A model generated the notes under the pieces. The model was not told where the DNA came from, did not search any database, and saw only the letters and a list, made by a program, of their open reading frames with translations. The position numbers were made by a program, and so were the translations under genes. DNA of 63,507 nt, the filler included, from Ministeria vibrans ATCC 50519 (taxonomy: Eukaryota > Protista > Filasterea), in assembly GCA_943704425.1 (NCBI GenBank). It is 9 parts of 9 records of this genome, joined end to end, with 100 filler letters (N's around TTAATTAATTAA, not from the genome) between each part and the next. Parts side by side here need not be neighbours in the genome. Positions count along the whole stretch, not along the records: positions 1 to 11,280 come from CALSCP010002317.1; positions 11,381 to 31,414 come from CALSCP010002352.1; 7 more parts are not named here. One strand, written 5' to 3'. Of the stretch, positions 1 through 13,173 are shown piece after piece (the stretch's first letter is position 1; every line of letters starts with the position of its first letter).

Positions 1-58
1 GAAATATTATTCAACTTGACAACTAATCTCAAATCACTCGTCTTTAAACGTTACAAAC

Positions 59-2263
59 ATGCTCGAGGAAATTCTGTCGACGCTACTAGCCGACGAGAAC
101 ACCCTCCACCTTCATGCGCGTCGTGCGGCCAACCTAATGAGCGTCGAGCACCCGTTGTTGCTACAACGCGCAGAACCGGTACGAAAAGAGAGAGAGAGAG
201 AGAGTGAGTGAGAGAAAAAAATTATTCACTCGCTCCGAATCATTTTAGGAGACGGTGACTCGATGGAGTCGGCGAATCAACCTTCTGATGCGCAGTACAA
301 ACTCCGACACGCGGTGGGCGGGCGTGATTCTGTGCGAGGCGACCGCAACGTGTGCATCGCAAATGACCGTGTCGGAACACTGCGCGTCGTGGACCGGCTC
401 GCTCCTGCAGGCGCTGCGGCGTCCCGCACCTGCCGACCGTGCCCAGCGTCTTGCTGCCGTTCCAGCCATGCTTGCTGTGCTGCGCCGCGCCGCAGTCGTG
501 CCGGATCTTCGTCGGGCGGTCACTGCAGGCGCAACAGCGTGTCTCGCCAAGTTTGTCGGTGAGCTCTTGGCGCTCGTGGCCGCCGACACGACGCCCTCTA
601 GTCGCTACGAGGCTGCGCTGCATGTGTTTGGCACACTTGAACAGCTCTTCCGCGTCTTCACCAATGCCATGCGACCGCACCTGAGCAAGACAGACTCGAC
701 CTCGGCACGCTTCATTCTCTCGACGGAACCCACCATGCCCCTCGCCGTGCGCCTTTCCGCTGCCTCGTGCTGGGCCGCCATCGCCATGCACGATGGAGCC
801 TCGTGGGCACCTCGGTGCATCCGTTGCGTCGCAGCTATTCGCCATCTGGCCCTCCATGCGCTCACCGACGACGCCACCACCCACTCTTCTGCCTCAAGCT
901 CGCTCATTGCGCCACCCAAACCCAACAAAAAGAGCACCACCAAACAGCAAAAACAGGACCAGTCAGTCACTGCTGCCAGCACTGTTCCCCTGTCACTCGC
1001 CGACCGCCTCGCGGGTCACACAGTTGCAGCACAGCCCCCGTATGAGCTGGTGTCGCGCTACGAGAGTGGCTGGACGGCGTTTGCCACCGAATGCTTTACA
1101 GCACTTGTGCACACGCTCACTTCGATGCTCTCATTGCCACTTGCAGTCTCGCTTGACATTCCGCTTGTGTTACAGCTCATTGGCGATCTGTTGCGTGTAC
1201 AGATTGACAGTGAGTCGGCCGCACGTGTCCCATTGCGCACTGCGGTGCTCCAGTCGGTCCAGCGCGACACACTCGAACTGCTCTGGGCACTTCAGTTGGG
1301 CTGTGGTGAGTCTCTGCGCGCCTACGAGTCGCACGTTCAGCGCGCCTATGTGCTCGTGCTCAACCGCACGCTGACTACCACCAATCCGCAGGTGCGCACG
1401 CGCGTCTATACGTGTCTGCGCGATTGGCTATGCGTCTCGGCGGCGCAGGCTGATCCCGACTTTATTGAGCAGACGGTGCGCCATCTCATTGCGTCAGTGC
1501 GTGTCACAGTCCCCGACACGACCGTCGCTCGCGCATCCATTGCCAGTGATCTTGCAGCAGTCACAGCCGAAGTGAGCAAAGCCAAACAGAACCACAAGCG
1601 CAAAGGCAAAGGCAGTAGTAGTCATCAGTCTACAAATAGTGCGTCTGAGGCCGCTGTGGTGCTTTCACTGCACCACGAGCAGTGGTCCGGCGAATGGCTT
1701 GCAACGGGCACTGCCACCACCGCAGCCCTGGAAGCACTCCAGGCGCTCGTCGCCAACACCGGCTCAGTCCTGTCCCTTTCAGGCGCCGTGCGATCATCCA
1801 TTGAGCGCTGTCTAACCGACCAACTCATCGATATCCATGCGCTTCCTTCCCTTCCTCCGTACCATCTCCAGTCGGTGCGCGCTCAGCTTTACCGCACTCT
1901 TCGCGCCTGTGTCATGTCTCCTTCTCCCTCTCGCCCTCAGCTCGCCCACTATGTCCTCAGACTCTTCTCAGTCGGAGCAAACGATCCCTCGCAACTCGTA
2001 CCGACGAATAGAAGTTAGGATTGTACTTTTTTTTTCTTATAGAGCTTCTGTGTAGGTCAAAGGAGTATGTCTGGAGTCACTGGCACTGCTAGACTGTCTG
2101 GTGCGTCCGCGTGTGCCCGCCTGGCCCACACAGCACGCACAGCAGCAGAGTGAACAGCAGGGTGGCCTCGTGCTGGCCAGCGACCTCACTGCTGTGCCCT
2201 CTGCCACCGCACCACAGTCAGTGTGGGGTGCTTCAAGTGATACTCAAACTAGTAGCAGCACTA

Positions 2264-2296
<33 letters not shown>

Positions 2297-2604
2297 TCAC
2301 GGGTGACTCTGCTCCTGTGGTTCTGCGTGGCTTCAGTGCTTCCTTTGGCAAGAGCACCACCACCACTACAACCACCACAACTACAACTACAGCAACACCC
2401 AAACGCGATAATGACACAGACGATGAACCGCACAGCCGAACCAAACGAGCGCGCACCACACGTAGCACGACTGCGGCAACAGCGACTGTGACTGCCAGTG
2501 CTGAGCAGGAGGTGGGTGAGAAGGATGCGCCTGTGCCCAGTGAGGACAGTGACGAGGAGGATATGGACATGCCAATGATTGTCGATGAACAACCTGATGT
2601 CTAA
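59..2604 (+). CDS. PELP1: PELP1/RIX1-like pre-60S processing protein (3 exons: ~59-178, 249-1997, 2056-2604)
   Basis: ATG at 59 with GT donor at 179 and AG acceptor at 248, in frame with the 587-aa helical-repeat ORF. Low-complexity acidic tail ends DMPMIVDEQPDV, resembling the PELP1/RIX1 C-terminal motif. Confidence 0.7.
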
Positions 2605-2682
2605 ATCGATTCTTCTTGATTTCACAATACTCTTTTACTCTTTTTTCTCTTTTTGTTTTTGTTTTGGGGGTCACTGCATAGC

Positions 2683-4318
2683 TTAGTCGGTCTTTGAGCG
2701 GGCAGTGCGGTAGAGCACAGTCTCGCTGCCGGGATCAATGTAGGCAACGGCGTAGGCAGTAGCGCTGAGGGCAATGAGGAGCGTGAGAGACATCCAGAAG
2801 GTGATTTGGAAGATGGGAGGCCAGTTGGGATCGACGGTGTCCGAGTCGGCGTCTGAGTCAGAGTCGGAGTCGGTGGCACGGCGCGAGCGGGTGTGCGTGG
2901 TGGGCGCAGCGGCGGGTGCGGTGTCGAGGAGCGCGACGGAGACAATGGTGTCGGAGGTGGTGGTGGAAGACGAGGCGAGGCGAGCGAGCATGCTGTTGGT
3001 GAGGTCGCGCGCAATGGCTGCGTGCGGTGAACTCGAGCCGTAGTGGGCGGTGACGCGCTCGAGGCCACTGAGGACCAGAGTGGTCAACACGGCCTTGTTG
3101 GCGGTGAGCGCGTCAAGGGAGGCGCTTGATGCAACCGCTGGCAAGAGCTGGAGCTCGGCGAAGAACTGCGAGTCGGCCGACGAGGCAGAGCGCAGGTCAA
3201 AAGTTGCACCGCGCACGGTCACGGACATGAGATCGTTCGAGACTGACGCCGTCGTGGCACCCATGGAGCGCAGTGCGGCCTCGAGTGTCTTGAGAAGTTC
3301 GCTGCGAGCAATCTTGAAAGCCGTAGGTGATGAGGCATCGACATACGAGTCAGTTGCGGCGTCGTAACCGATGGTGAGGCGCTTGGACGACGAGTCCTTG
3401 TGAGCGTTCGCCAGCGATGCCAGGGCGACACCTGCCGACGCAGACACAACCACGGCACGGTCACCAAGAGCGGCAACCACCGAGTCGGCCAAGTGCGGCA
3501 CAAGACTTTGAGTTGACACGCCCGAGTACGCAGAGACAGTCTCTGATGAAAGAGAGAAAAAAACGACTTGTGAGATGTATTTCTTTTTTTTTTTTTTTGC
3601 AAGTGTTACTCTTCGTTTCGTGGTCAAACCAAGCGTGGTCGAGCACACCATGCTCGGCAGCCAGGTGGCCGGACAGGAGCGTGGCAATGGTCGACCAGGC
3701 GTTGGCGCTGGCGTGCTCTGAGACGAAGGTGGTCGTGCTGCCGCGAACGTTGATGTCGTCGTTTGCGCCGGCGATGACAACCAGCAGGTGCTTGCGCGGA
3801 TGCGCCACGCTGGACGCCGCGGGCGCACCCTCGCCCGTGTAGACGGCTCCGCTGGGGCTGGCGACCCCCATGGCGTGCGCCATGAGTGGCGCGATGTCCT
3901 CCAGAGCAACAGCGAAAGTCCCAGACTTAAAGCCAGCCGAAACGGGCGCCTTGAGGATCTTCACGACAGAGTGCGCCGGCTCCGCTGCTACATGTACACA
4001 CGGGGTAGCCCCATCAGGTGAGTCGTAAGCGAATTACCCCCGAATACGTCTGCTTTTCCTTTTTTTTTTTTTTTTTTTCGCTTTCGTTGATGACATCGAA
4101 TAACCAGTTTGAATATGAACTTCAGAGTATGCCGGCGCGGAATGCGTGCGGTAAGCGCGTGGCCGCATGGGCGTGAGCAGGGTGGTCCGCAGGAAGGAGA
4201 GGAACGAGCGGGAGGGAGACGAGAGCGAAAATGGGAAAAGGGCAATTTCATATGGGGCAGTACCGGAAACAACGACGGCCGCCGCGATCACAGCAATGAG
4301 AAGGACTGAGAGCCGCAT
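2683..4318 (-). CDS. ATP6AP2: V-ATPase accessory protein / (pro)renin receptor homologue, spliced
   Basis: Signal peptide MRLSVLLIAVIAAAVVVS. C-terminus PIFQITFWMSLTLLIALSATAYAVAYIDPGSETVLYR matches the ATP6AP2 TM + DPGxDxIIYR motif. An RSRR furin-like site precedes it. Confidence 0.85.
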
Positions 4319-4893
4319 GTGACAAGGTGAGAGAACAAAATAGTTTATTGTTAAATTTATTCATATTCATATGATTTGATTATCTTCAGAAAAATGACAA
4401 GCAGAAGCACAGCTAGCAGCTTGGTGCTAATAAGGGCTAAATACGTATGCGTATTCCATAAACCGTAATCCGACAAGTCTCACGCCCGAGAGCCGAGACT
4501 CGAGAGGGTGGACTTGTTTTTCAAACTCAAACTAACACACTAATTAATTAAGGGTGCATCACCGATCACGGGCCATCGCCCATCGCGAGCATACTAATTA
4601 CTATATACTTAGTATGGCAGCGTCGCGAGCATTGTCGTTAACTCGTTATTGCGCACATTGCCTCATTTTTACGTCATAATTCGTGAGATCAGAATTTTAG
4701 AATGAATGCGCTAAAAAAATCAAATCAAATCAAATTTCATTATTTATTTTGTGTGTATCCCTTTTCGTCGCGAACAGACCATTGCGTTCAGCACTTAGCA
4801 GATATTTGTCGCGCAAGACGGTCTAGACTCGAAAATCGCCAGCGAGAGACCTTTGCGAAAAATTCAAATAATTATATATTCAAAACACTCACG

Positions 4894-6894
4894 ATGGCAT
4901 TCCAGGCTCAAGACGCGCTATCAAAAGCCAACGAGCTGTTCCGCAGCGGCCTGTGGGACTCTGTGACTCTGCTGTGCGACATGTATGCGCTTGGAGCGTC
5001 TGCAGAAGTGCGCACGCACTTTCTGGTGCTTGGCGCGGAAGCGAGCACTCGTCTCGGCGACAGCGCAGACGCCATTGAGCGACTACGGGCCGCCATGGAC
5101 ATCCGCAAGGCCGGTGCAACACCTCGCACCATGCCCGTGCCCGTCGAGGGTGACGATGAGCTCCCGCTACGCTATGCTGAGGCGTGTGCGCGCACCGGCA
5201 ACTGGACGGCCGTCGCCCAAGCACTGCGCGCCATTCCGACGCGCGGCCGCTCTGTCGCCACGCACAACCTCCTGGGCATGGCCCACCAGCGAACGGGCGA
5301 TGTGGAGGGAGCCATCACCGAACTGAAGGCTGTCGTCCGGCGCAATGCGTTTGCCATTGCCTCGCTGGTTGCCCTCGCCAAACTCGGCGTCCCTATGCGC
5401 ACCATTGCGACTCTCATTCCCACCGGCGCACTTCCCCCGACCCTCCTTGACTTTGTTGCCGCCCATACTCTACTTGCAACCGGCTTCAACTACCGCGACG
5501 CCGCAAAACAGTTTGCGCGCGTTGAAGATGCACTGCCGTCCTTCCCCGCTGCGCCTCTCCTCCGCGCCGAGGCCCTCACGCGCGCCGGCCGCCTTCACGA
5601 CGCCCACCAGGCCTTTCTTCACGCGATGCGCACCCGCCTCAGCTCTATCTCAGACCCCCTCGTGCCCAGTCCTACCGCAATGGACCTTTTCGCCTCCTGT
5701 CTCGTCTCGCTCAACCGCCTCTCAGACGTAAGAGCCACCAACTTTCAATACTATCAGTGCCTTAATTCTTTCTATGTATATTATATTCTAGCTCCGCACA
5801 CTCGCAGACAATCTTATGGCGCACAAGCCGACTGCGCCTGAAACGTGGTTTGTTATGGCACACAGACTGACCACCGAAGATCAAGCCGAAGAGGTACAAG
5901 AAGAAGAAGATTAACTAATGAGCATTGATTGATTGTGTGCGTGTGTGTGTGTGTGTTGGTTTAGGCGCTTGCATGTGTGAAAAAGGGACTTGTGCTCAAT
6001 GAGAAGAGTCGCGACGGCCAAATGTTACTCTCAGAGTTACTATTGGGAATGGGACAGAAAACATTAGCAAACACAACCGCAAAGTAATCGAAGAATACGA
6101 TAGTAGCCCAAACATCTTAATAACATTATTATGCAATATCCATAGATTGGCCCATTCACTTCATAAGGACTATTACTCATTCCGTATGGTCGTGACAACA
6201 AGCATTGCGTGTGAGCACTATCGACTGGCACTGGCGACCGCCAAAGAGGCGCGCACTGCGCTCCCGCGTGATGCACGTGCGCTTGTGCTGGTTGGAGTGG
6301 TGTGTGCGTTGAGTGATGATGGCACTGACAAGGTTAGTTGTGTTCTGCTGTGTCATAATACTTCAACTGATTAATGATAATAATTGTATTCTGTGTTTTG
6401 TCCCTCTCTCACTTTCATTTCTTTTCCTCTCACAGGCGCGTCAGATTTTCTCTCAAGTGGTCTCAATCGATCCGGAGTGTTCTGAAGCAGTGAGTCATTT
6501 GGCTGAGATGTATCGACGACAGAAGAAATTCACTGAAGCTATTCAAACGTACAATCAATAGCGATATGACGTAGAATGCGTAATTTTATTTTCAATCTCA
6601 CTCTCTCCCTTTTCTTTTCTTAGACTTGAAAAGTACATTGAAAGAAATTGCACTGCTGAATTTCTGGTGCAGTTAGGATCAACTTATGCTCTCAACCGAC
6701 AGAGATTATTGGCCGAAGAGAACTTTAACGCAGCACTCAAGTCAGATCAACTACACACTATGTCACTTTGTTTCTCTCTCTTATTCTTTTGTTTTTTTTT
6801 TTGTAGGATTGATGCCAAGTATCGACCAGCATTGGAGGGACTCAAAGCCCTCGAAACTTTTTTCTCCGAGGAAGAGAATAATCCCAATGAATGA
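4894..6894 (+). CDS. ANAPC7: TPR-repeat protein, APC7 (anaphase-promoting complex subunit 7)-like, multi-exon
   Basis: TPR-like helical repeats (LLGMAHQRTGDVEGAITELKAVVRRNAFAI; AMDLFASCL; APETW; DPECSEAVSHLAEMY; final ALEGLKALE) spread over several GT-AG exons. Confidence 0.6.
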
Positions 6895-6970
6895 ATGAAG
6901 ACATGAAATATTTGTACGAATTGAAATTTGATCTCAATTTTTTGTTCGTTTTATAAGTAAACTACACAAG

Positions 6971-8397
6971 ATGCTGAAGCGCACGTGCGACGACGACTTT
7001 GAGTACCGCAGCAAGAAGATCCATGTGGTCGGCGCGCAGAGCGCAGTGCCGGTCGAATCGCTTCCGTTTGACAGTCCTGCTCCGCCTGCCGCGCTCGCAG
7101 GCCGCTTTGCCGCAAAGCATAACCCCAATGTATGGTTTGTGCACCTTGCCGTGCGATACAGAAAGCCGTAGAGATGTTGTGGGGAACGCAAAAGGAAAAC
7201 AACAAAAACCCTTTGCGCGAAATTTGAATTTTTTTGAGTTTTGAGTTTTTCTTGTGCTTGTGTGTAGGAGGCACGCAGACGCTCCAGCATGATTCGAGGG
7301 CGTGACACACGTAAGAACCTGCTTGAGGGCATGGACGACGGTGGTTTTGAGGCGGATGAACGGGCGGAACAGCTCGGAAATTTGATTCGCGACGCACTGA
7401 TGCGAACGCTCGGCCGTGGCGCCTCCTCGCGCGATCGAGGTATGTCAGACTTCAGTTTGTGCATGTGAATGCTGGGCGGATGGAATGGGCAGTGTGTGGG
7501 ATGTGGAGAAGAGCGCATTTGCGGGCGAGACTTTTTGAACTTGATCGACTCGACTGTGTGTGTGTGTAGCAACGGTGAAGGACTTTGTGGAAACATCAAT
7601 GCAACGAGGCCTCTTCAAGACTGTGGCTACTCCGGCAGCACCCCCAGCACCCAATACAGTGAACCCTAAGAATGTGGAGACGGAGCGAGCACTCGATGTC
7701 TTCTCTATGGTTCAGCACAGGTATCGCTTTGGCGTGAGCAACTCAGTCTTGGTCGACTTACTGTGTTGTTTGCTTTGCATTTTAGACTTGAATGCGAAAA
7801 GGAAGAATGGGAACAAGAAAAGGCAAAGCGCACGACAGAGAAAGATGCTCTTTTGACACAAGGTTAGTTGCATGCACTCAATGCCACTGTGCCAACCCTT
7901 TGTGATAGAATTTGGGGAAGTGACGGATTGTCTGAGCGAGAGCCAACGCGAATTCCTTTCGGGGGCACAACAAACAGAAGAACAGCAACAGAGCTCACCA
8001 GCAAAGGAAGAATCGGTGGAACACTCAGCAGAGCGACTCGTGTTTCAAATGTACGAAATTGAGCGCACCCTCAAACGCCTCCAACAGCTGGAGCGCGACG
8101 CAGCACAGCACTGCGACCTAATGGCCCGCACAATCGGCTCAGAGGTAGGCGGAAAACACACAACACAACAACAACCTCTGGCTCTCAAAAACCAAACACC
8201 TGCGAACGTGTCTGTCTGTGTGTGTGTGTGTGTATGTGTGTGTGATAATAATGAGAGCAATTCACAGTGCCAAGTCAAAAAAGAACATAACAATAACATT
8301 ATCTTTCTTGTGTTTTTGCCAGGCTTTTCAGGGCTGTGCCAACGTGGATAACGCAAAGACTCTCATTCGAGGGATTTTGCGACCAAGTGCAGTGTGA
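6971..8397 (+). CDS. DSN1: Kinetochore MIS12-complex subunit DSN1/Mis13, multi-exon
   Basis: Spliced product contains RRRSSMIRGR (Aurora-B-site motif of Dsn1/Mis13), NPKNVETERAL...RLECEKEEW (Mis13 PNPxN..E..W motif) and C-terminal AFQGCANVDNAKTLIRGIL*. Confidence 0.7.
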
Positions 8398-8523
8398 GAC
8401 CGTGTCAATCCCTCCAAATGAATTAAAATTTTGAATATAAGAAGAATTTTCTAATAAGAAGAGAAGAGAAAAATACACTTTATCATCTGTTTCGACTCCT
8501 TCTTTGACAATAACAATAATAAC

Positions 8524-8577
<54 letters not shown>

Positions 8578-8640
8578 TGACACCGGATTAAAACTTAAAA
8601 GATAACACATAATATTATTTTCACTTTTGTGCACCTTCAC

Positions 8641-9714
8641 ATGGCGGGTCGCAGTAGCCAGCCGTTGTATAAGGCTTGGAGACCGAATGATATTCGCCAG
8701 TCGGCTGAGTTTCAGGACAGATTCAGAGGTTTGTCTTTGTTTGTCGCTTCTCCCATCCCATTCTCTCACCCTTCTTGCTTCCCCTCTCTGTCACACACAC
8801 TCACACACACACACATACACACACACACACACACACTGTCTCTGTCTCTGCCTCTTCAGTTGCAGTCCGGCTTGACGAACCTTTGGCGCGCACCGGGGAG
8901 CAGGCGGATGCCTTGGCGACGACCATTCTCAGTGTGTGTCGTCGCCTTGACAACGCCTTTCGCCAGCTGGCCGCCGAGTCGAACCCCGGCGGAAGCAACG
9001 AGGCTACTGTTGCGCTCTACAGCGAGCTTGAAGAAGCTGTTGCGTCTCTTCGTGTCTCACAGCCTTCTCTTGAGGTCTGTCAAAGCCAATCGAGTGAGAC
9101 AAAGCACTGACTATAATTTTGCAACAGTACTTCTTTGAATCCTCTTCGCTCGACGTTCTCTACCCGCGCGTTGCCAAACGTGGAGTGGGGCTTGCCATGG
9201 AAGTTCCACCACCACGCCATGTGACCATGGAAGGTAATCAGAATCAGCAGCAGTTGCACTGTGACACAAAGTGACACACAAGATGTTCTTCTCAGGTTGT
9301 CTTCGGTACCTCTCTCATCAACATCAATACATTGTACTATGTCATCACATTCAGAGCGAGCTTCAGCAACCCGACTGTCACAGCTACATCGCCCACGAGG
9401 TCCGAAGCTAGTAGTGTCTTTGCAGTTCCATCTCACTCTCTCGTTGTGGTTAGATCGCCCTCTTGTATCAGTGTCTCAGCTCTGGCGGGCTCTCCCTTGT
9501 GCCGTTCAAAAAGCGGATTGAAGAGAGCTTTGACGATCTCAAAGAGGCACTAGGGAAGGAAAAGAAGGCGGTCCTTGAGGCGTGTTGGGTCGACTGGGTT
9601 GAGCAGTTGACAAGTGACATTGTCGAGGATGTCACTGAGCGACGTCGCACCACGGTGCCCGAACAGTGCCAGGCACTCCTCAACTTCTTAGTCTACATCC
9701 GCGAATGCTACTAA
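8641..9714 (+). CDS. Uncharacterised helical protein (~5 exons)
   Basis: Exons join across GT-AG introns: MAGRSSQPLYKAW..., YFFESSSLDVLYPR..., HSYIAHE-IALLYQCLSS...FKKRIEESFDDLK...ECY*. Family not recognised. Confidence 0.6.
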
Positions 9715-9787
9715 ACGACTATTGTTATTATAATATCTACTTTTTTTTACTATACTAATGCACTCCTTCACTTTTTTCGTATTGTGA

Positions 9788-10934
9788 TTATTCGGTGTCC
9801 GAGAAGAAACAACGCTCCAAATAGGGATTGATCAATTTGCGCTGCGGATCGAGCGACTGACGAACGGCCAAGAAATCATTGAAACGGGGATAGACAGACG
9901 ACAGGTGAGCAGCGCGTGCTTGGTGTGCTTTGGCCCAGTGCGGTCGTCCTTGGAATTGGCGCATGATAGACTCGTAAGCACTGAAGAACTATGGAGATAG
10001 AGAGGAGAAAGATATGTTTTTCCGGGTGAGTCGTGTGTGCGTGTGTGTGCATTGAGGAGAAAATAGTGTGCTTTAGTCGTTACCTGTTGATAAGGGACAT
10101 CGTGTGAGTAAGGACGATACATAATAATGCCAATGTAGGTTGTGTCGCGGCCAAAGGAAGGGCTCAGGGGAATGGAATCGGGTGCGACAAAACGCACTTC
10201 GATGGGAAAGTGAGCATGAAAGTGCGGCTGAACCTTATCCAAATAGGCGAAAATGGCTCTGAGAGCAGCTGACGTGTGTTTGCGGGGAATGGCCCATTCG
10301 TCGACGTATTGCTGGAAGAGACAGTCGAAGTTGAATATGGGGGCGGGTGCATCGGTGCGGGTGACAGTGCGGCTAAAGAGCACGTTAAAGGTGGCGCGGT
10401 TGATGAGTGGCACAAGACGCGAGGTGGTCCATGCGCTGACAAAGTAGGCCAGCTCAAGCAGATGAAATCCAACCAGACGATCCCACACGAACGATGATGG
10501 GTTGTTGCGGTGTTGCTACGCAAACAGTATGAGTGTGTGCGTATCCGTCAAGGAAGGCGCTACTTTCTTTCTTACGTTGTATACTCTGTTTGCGCGCCAC
10601 ACCACTGCTCTGTCCGTGTGCGGGAAGAGATGGAAGCGCACGTGTTCGCCCGACTCAGCCAGCGTGTCGACGTTGTTGAGGATCTCTTCGATGCCCATTG
10701 GAGTTTGTTCAGCGCACAGTTGATAGAGTGGCTCGCACTATTAGAAAACCGAACGAATTAATTTAATATTGTCAGTTATCCGTCTCTTCCTTTTTCTTAC
10801 CTGCACTGTCGCAGTCATGATCACGCCAAGAGCCCCTACGCTACATAGAGCCATTGAAAAAAGCTCCGCATTCTCAGTCGCCGAGCACTTGTGACACTCT
10901 CCGTTGACAGTCATAAGCTCAAGCGCAACCACCT
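9788..10934 (-). CDS. GULO: L-gulono-/D-arabinono-1,4-lactone oxidase (FAD-linked, ALO domain), 5' part missing at contig end
   Basis: Motifs SVGALGVI, FNFDCLFQQYVDEWAIP, HFPIEVRFV, YIGIIMYRPY, GRPHWAKAH, LDPQRKLINPYLER. Confidence 0.85.
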
Positions 10935-10967
10935 TTGAGAAATAATTTTTCATCAGGTTTCACGAAG

Positions 10968-11233
10968 CTCTATCATTTTGTTCCTTATTTCTCTTTCTCT
11001 CACTTTGTTCCTTATTCTCTTTCTCTCTCTTTCTATCACTTTGTTTCTCTCTCTATCACTTTGTTTCTCTGTCACTTTGTTTCTCTCTCTATCACTTTGT
11101 TTCTCTGTCACTTTGTTTCTCTCTATCACTTTGTTTCTCTGTCACTTTGTTTCTCTCTATCACTTTGTTTCTCTCTCTCTCTCTATCACGTTGTGTGTGT
11201 GTCTCTCTCTATCACTTCGTTTCTCTCTTTCTC

Positions 11234-11280
<47 letters not shown>
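10968..11280 (+). repeat. Intronic minisatellite (TATCACTTTGTTTCTCTC)n running into (CT)n
   Basis: More than 10 degenerate copies directly visible. The same unit occurs at ~51858-51875 and, reverse-complemented, at 54802-54935. Confidence 0.85.
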
Positions 11281-11380
11281 NNNNNNNNNNNNNNNNNNNN
11301 NNNNNNNNNNNNNNNNNNNNNNNNTTAATTAATTAANNNNNNNNNNNNNNNNNNNNNNNNNNNNNNNNNNNNNNNNNNNN
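11281..11380. other. Artificial contig linker N44-TTAATTAATTAA-N44
   Basis: 100-nt spacer with stops in all six frames. Identical linkers at 31415-31514, 49908-50007, 52514-52613, 54702-54801, 59095-59194, 60338-60437 and 61963-62062. Confidence 0.97.
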
Positions 11381-12161
11381 AAAAAAAAACGCGAAACTGA
11401 AAAAGTTGGAAGAAAGAGCAGTGAGGAGAGGCAAGAGGAGGAGGGATGGAGAGCAGGGGGGAGTCGTGGGGCGGGCGTGGCGGTGCGCTGGCTCAGGTGG
11501 CGTCGACCATGCAACATTCTCTCAAACGGGCCTTATGCGACGGGGATGCGGCCGCGTCCGATGGCCCACTGCGACGTGGACCCGGTAGAGGGGCTGTGGC
11601 GGCTGGTGTCATCCCGTGTCTCGTGGTACGTCAAAAGTTGTTCGGTCGAATTTGGTAAAATCCGGAGCAGTTTGCGCTCGCGTGAAGCCCCTCGTGGCGT
11701 TACCTTTTGCTGCTTCGTGGCCATGGTGGATCAGAGAGCTGGGGAACAAACGGTATGCACAAAAATATTTATAGTAAAATTTAAATTTTTATTCATCGTT
11801 ATAAGTCACAAGTCATTAATCATTATTGAGTGTTGAGAGACGTTTACACACAGTTTCAAGGGCGCACCCCCTGATGCGCGCTATACACGCCAACAGACTA
11901 GAACGTTACCATGGTCTTCTCTGGGGTGGTTTCATTTCTGAACGTGTCACGGGGAATCTCTGGGAGTGTGTTTGATCGAGGTTTGATCGGAGTTTGATCT
12001 CATTAATTACATTTTGATTGAGGATTCTTTTAAGTGAGTCTCAAACATCAATTTATAATATCGCAAACTCGCAACTTTTCACAAGTCTGTACTCTGTGAA
12101 ACAGCACTGAAACTCGATGAAGCGCAATGGAGTAAACATGCACGTAATTTGTTTATTATTG

Positions 12162-13138
12162 TTACGTCGTGTTGTGAATTGTTTTGCCCAAATCGCACGT
12201 GAGACGTCGTCGCACACGAAGAGAAAAACAGCGGCTGATTTGTCCAATCTCCTACAGAAAAGCAATGAGGGAAGAAAACAAAGAAAAAGAATCAAGAAAA
12301 AGAGAGAGGGAGAGAGAGAGCGGGAGAATTTTCGGAGAATTTCTGAGACGTACAGCTTTGGCACAGAACACAAGAGGGCTCCCCGATTCAGCGCATTCGA
12401 TCTCCTTAAAGTGCTCTTGCTGGAGAGTAATACTGTCCTTGAGGATATCAAACCACTTTGGAGCAGTAAAGTGGTGCATCAGGACAAACGATGAGAGACT
12501 AACAAGTTCGCGGGGAATCTGCTCGGGGCTCTGCGAGGACACAATGAGGCGCATGCCGGTGTGTCGCATGCGCCGAGCCAGCTTGATGATGGCGTCCCCG
12601 AGCGACCCGTCGCTCAGGTACTGATGCGCTTCGTCAAAAAAGGCCACTTTCCCACAGGAACCCTCTTTGTCACAGGAACTTGTGCTTTTTGCATCGTTGA
12701 AAAGTCCCAGCACAACCTATAAAAATAATAATGAAAGAGAAAGGATAAGACATCGAAATCATTATTACGTACACGCACCTCAAAGACACTGTTGGCCCAT
12801 GCGGATTCAATGAGGGGATCAGACAAATCGACAATGATCATCTTTCCTGGTTTACACAGATCATCAAAGGACACGGCACTTCCTTTGTCGTTCTCAGATA
12901 CACAAAAGTTACTAAAGAAAGTAAAAATAATAGAAATTAAATATTATAATAATAATAATAATAATAATAAAAATTAGAAGAAGAACACAACCCATTAATT
13001 TTATTATTATTATTAATAAATGGGTTGTATTCTTCTTCTTCTAATTATTATAATTATTGAGCTCAATTTACCGGATCAGACTCAGACGTGCGTTCAACGG
13101 TGCTCGTTGCTGTGGTGTCAGATCTGTTCCCTACATTG

Positions 13139-13173
<35 letters not shown>

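Noticed and set aside
11533-11724. Possible first exon of a minus-strand gene (MATKQQKVTPRG...)
   Set aside because: It is truncated by the contig end and has no identifiable motif.
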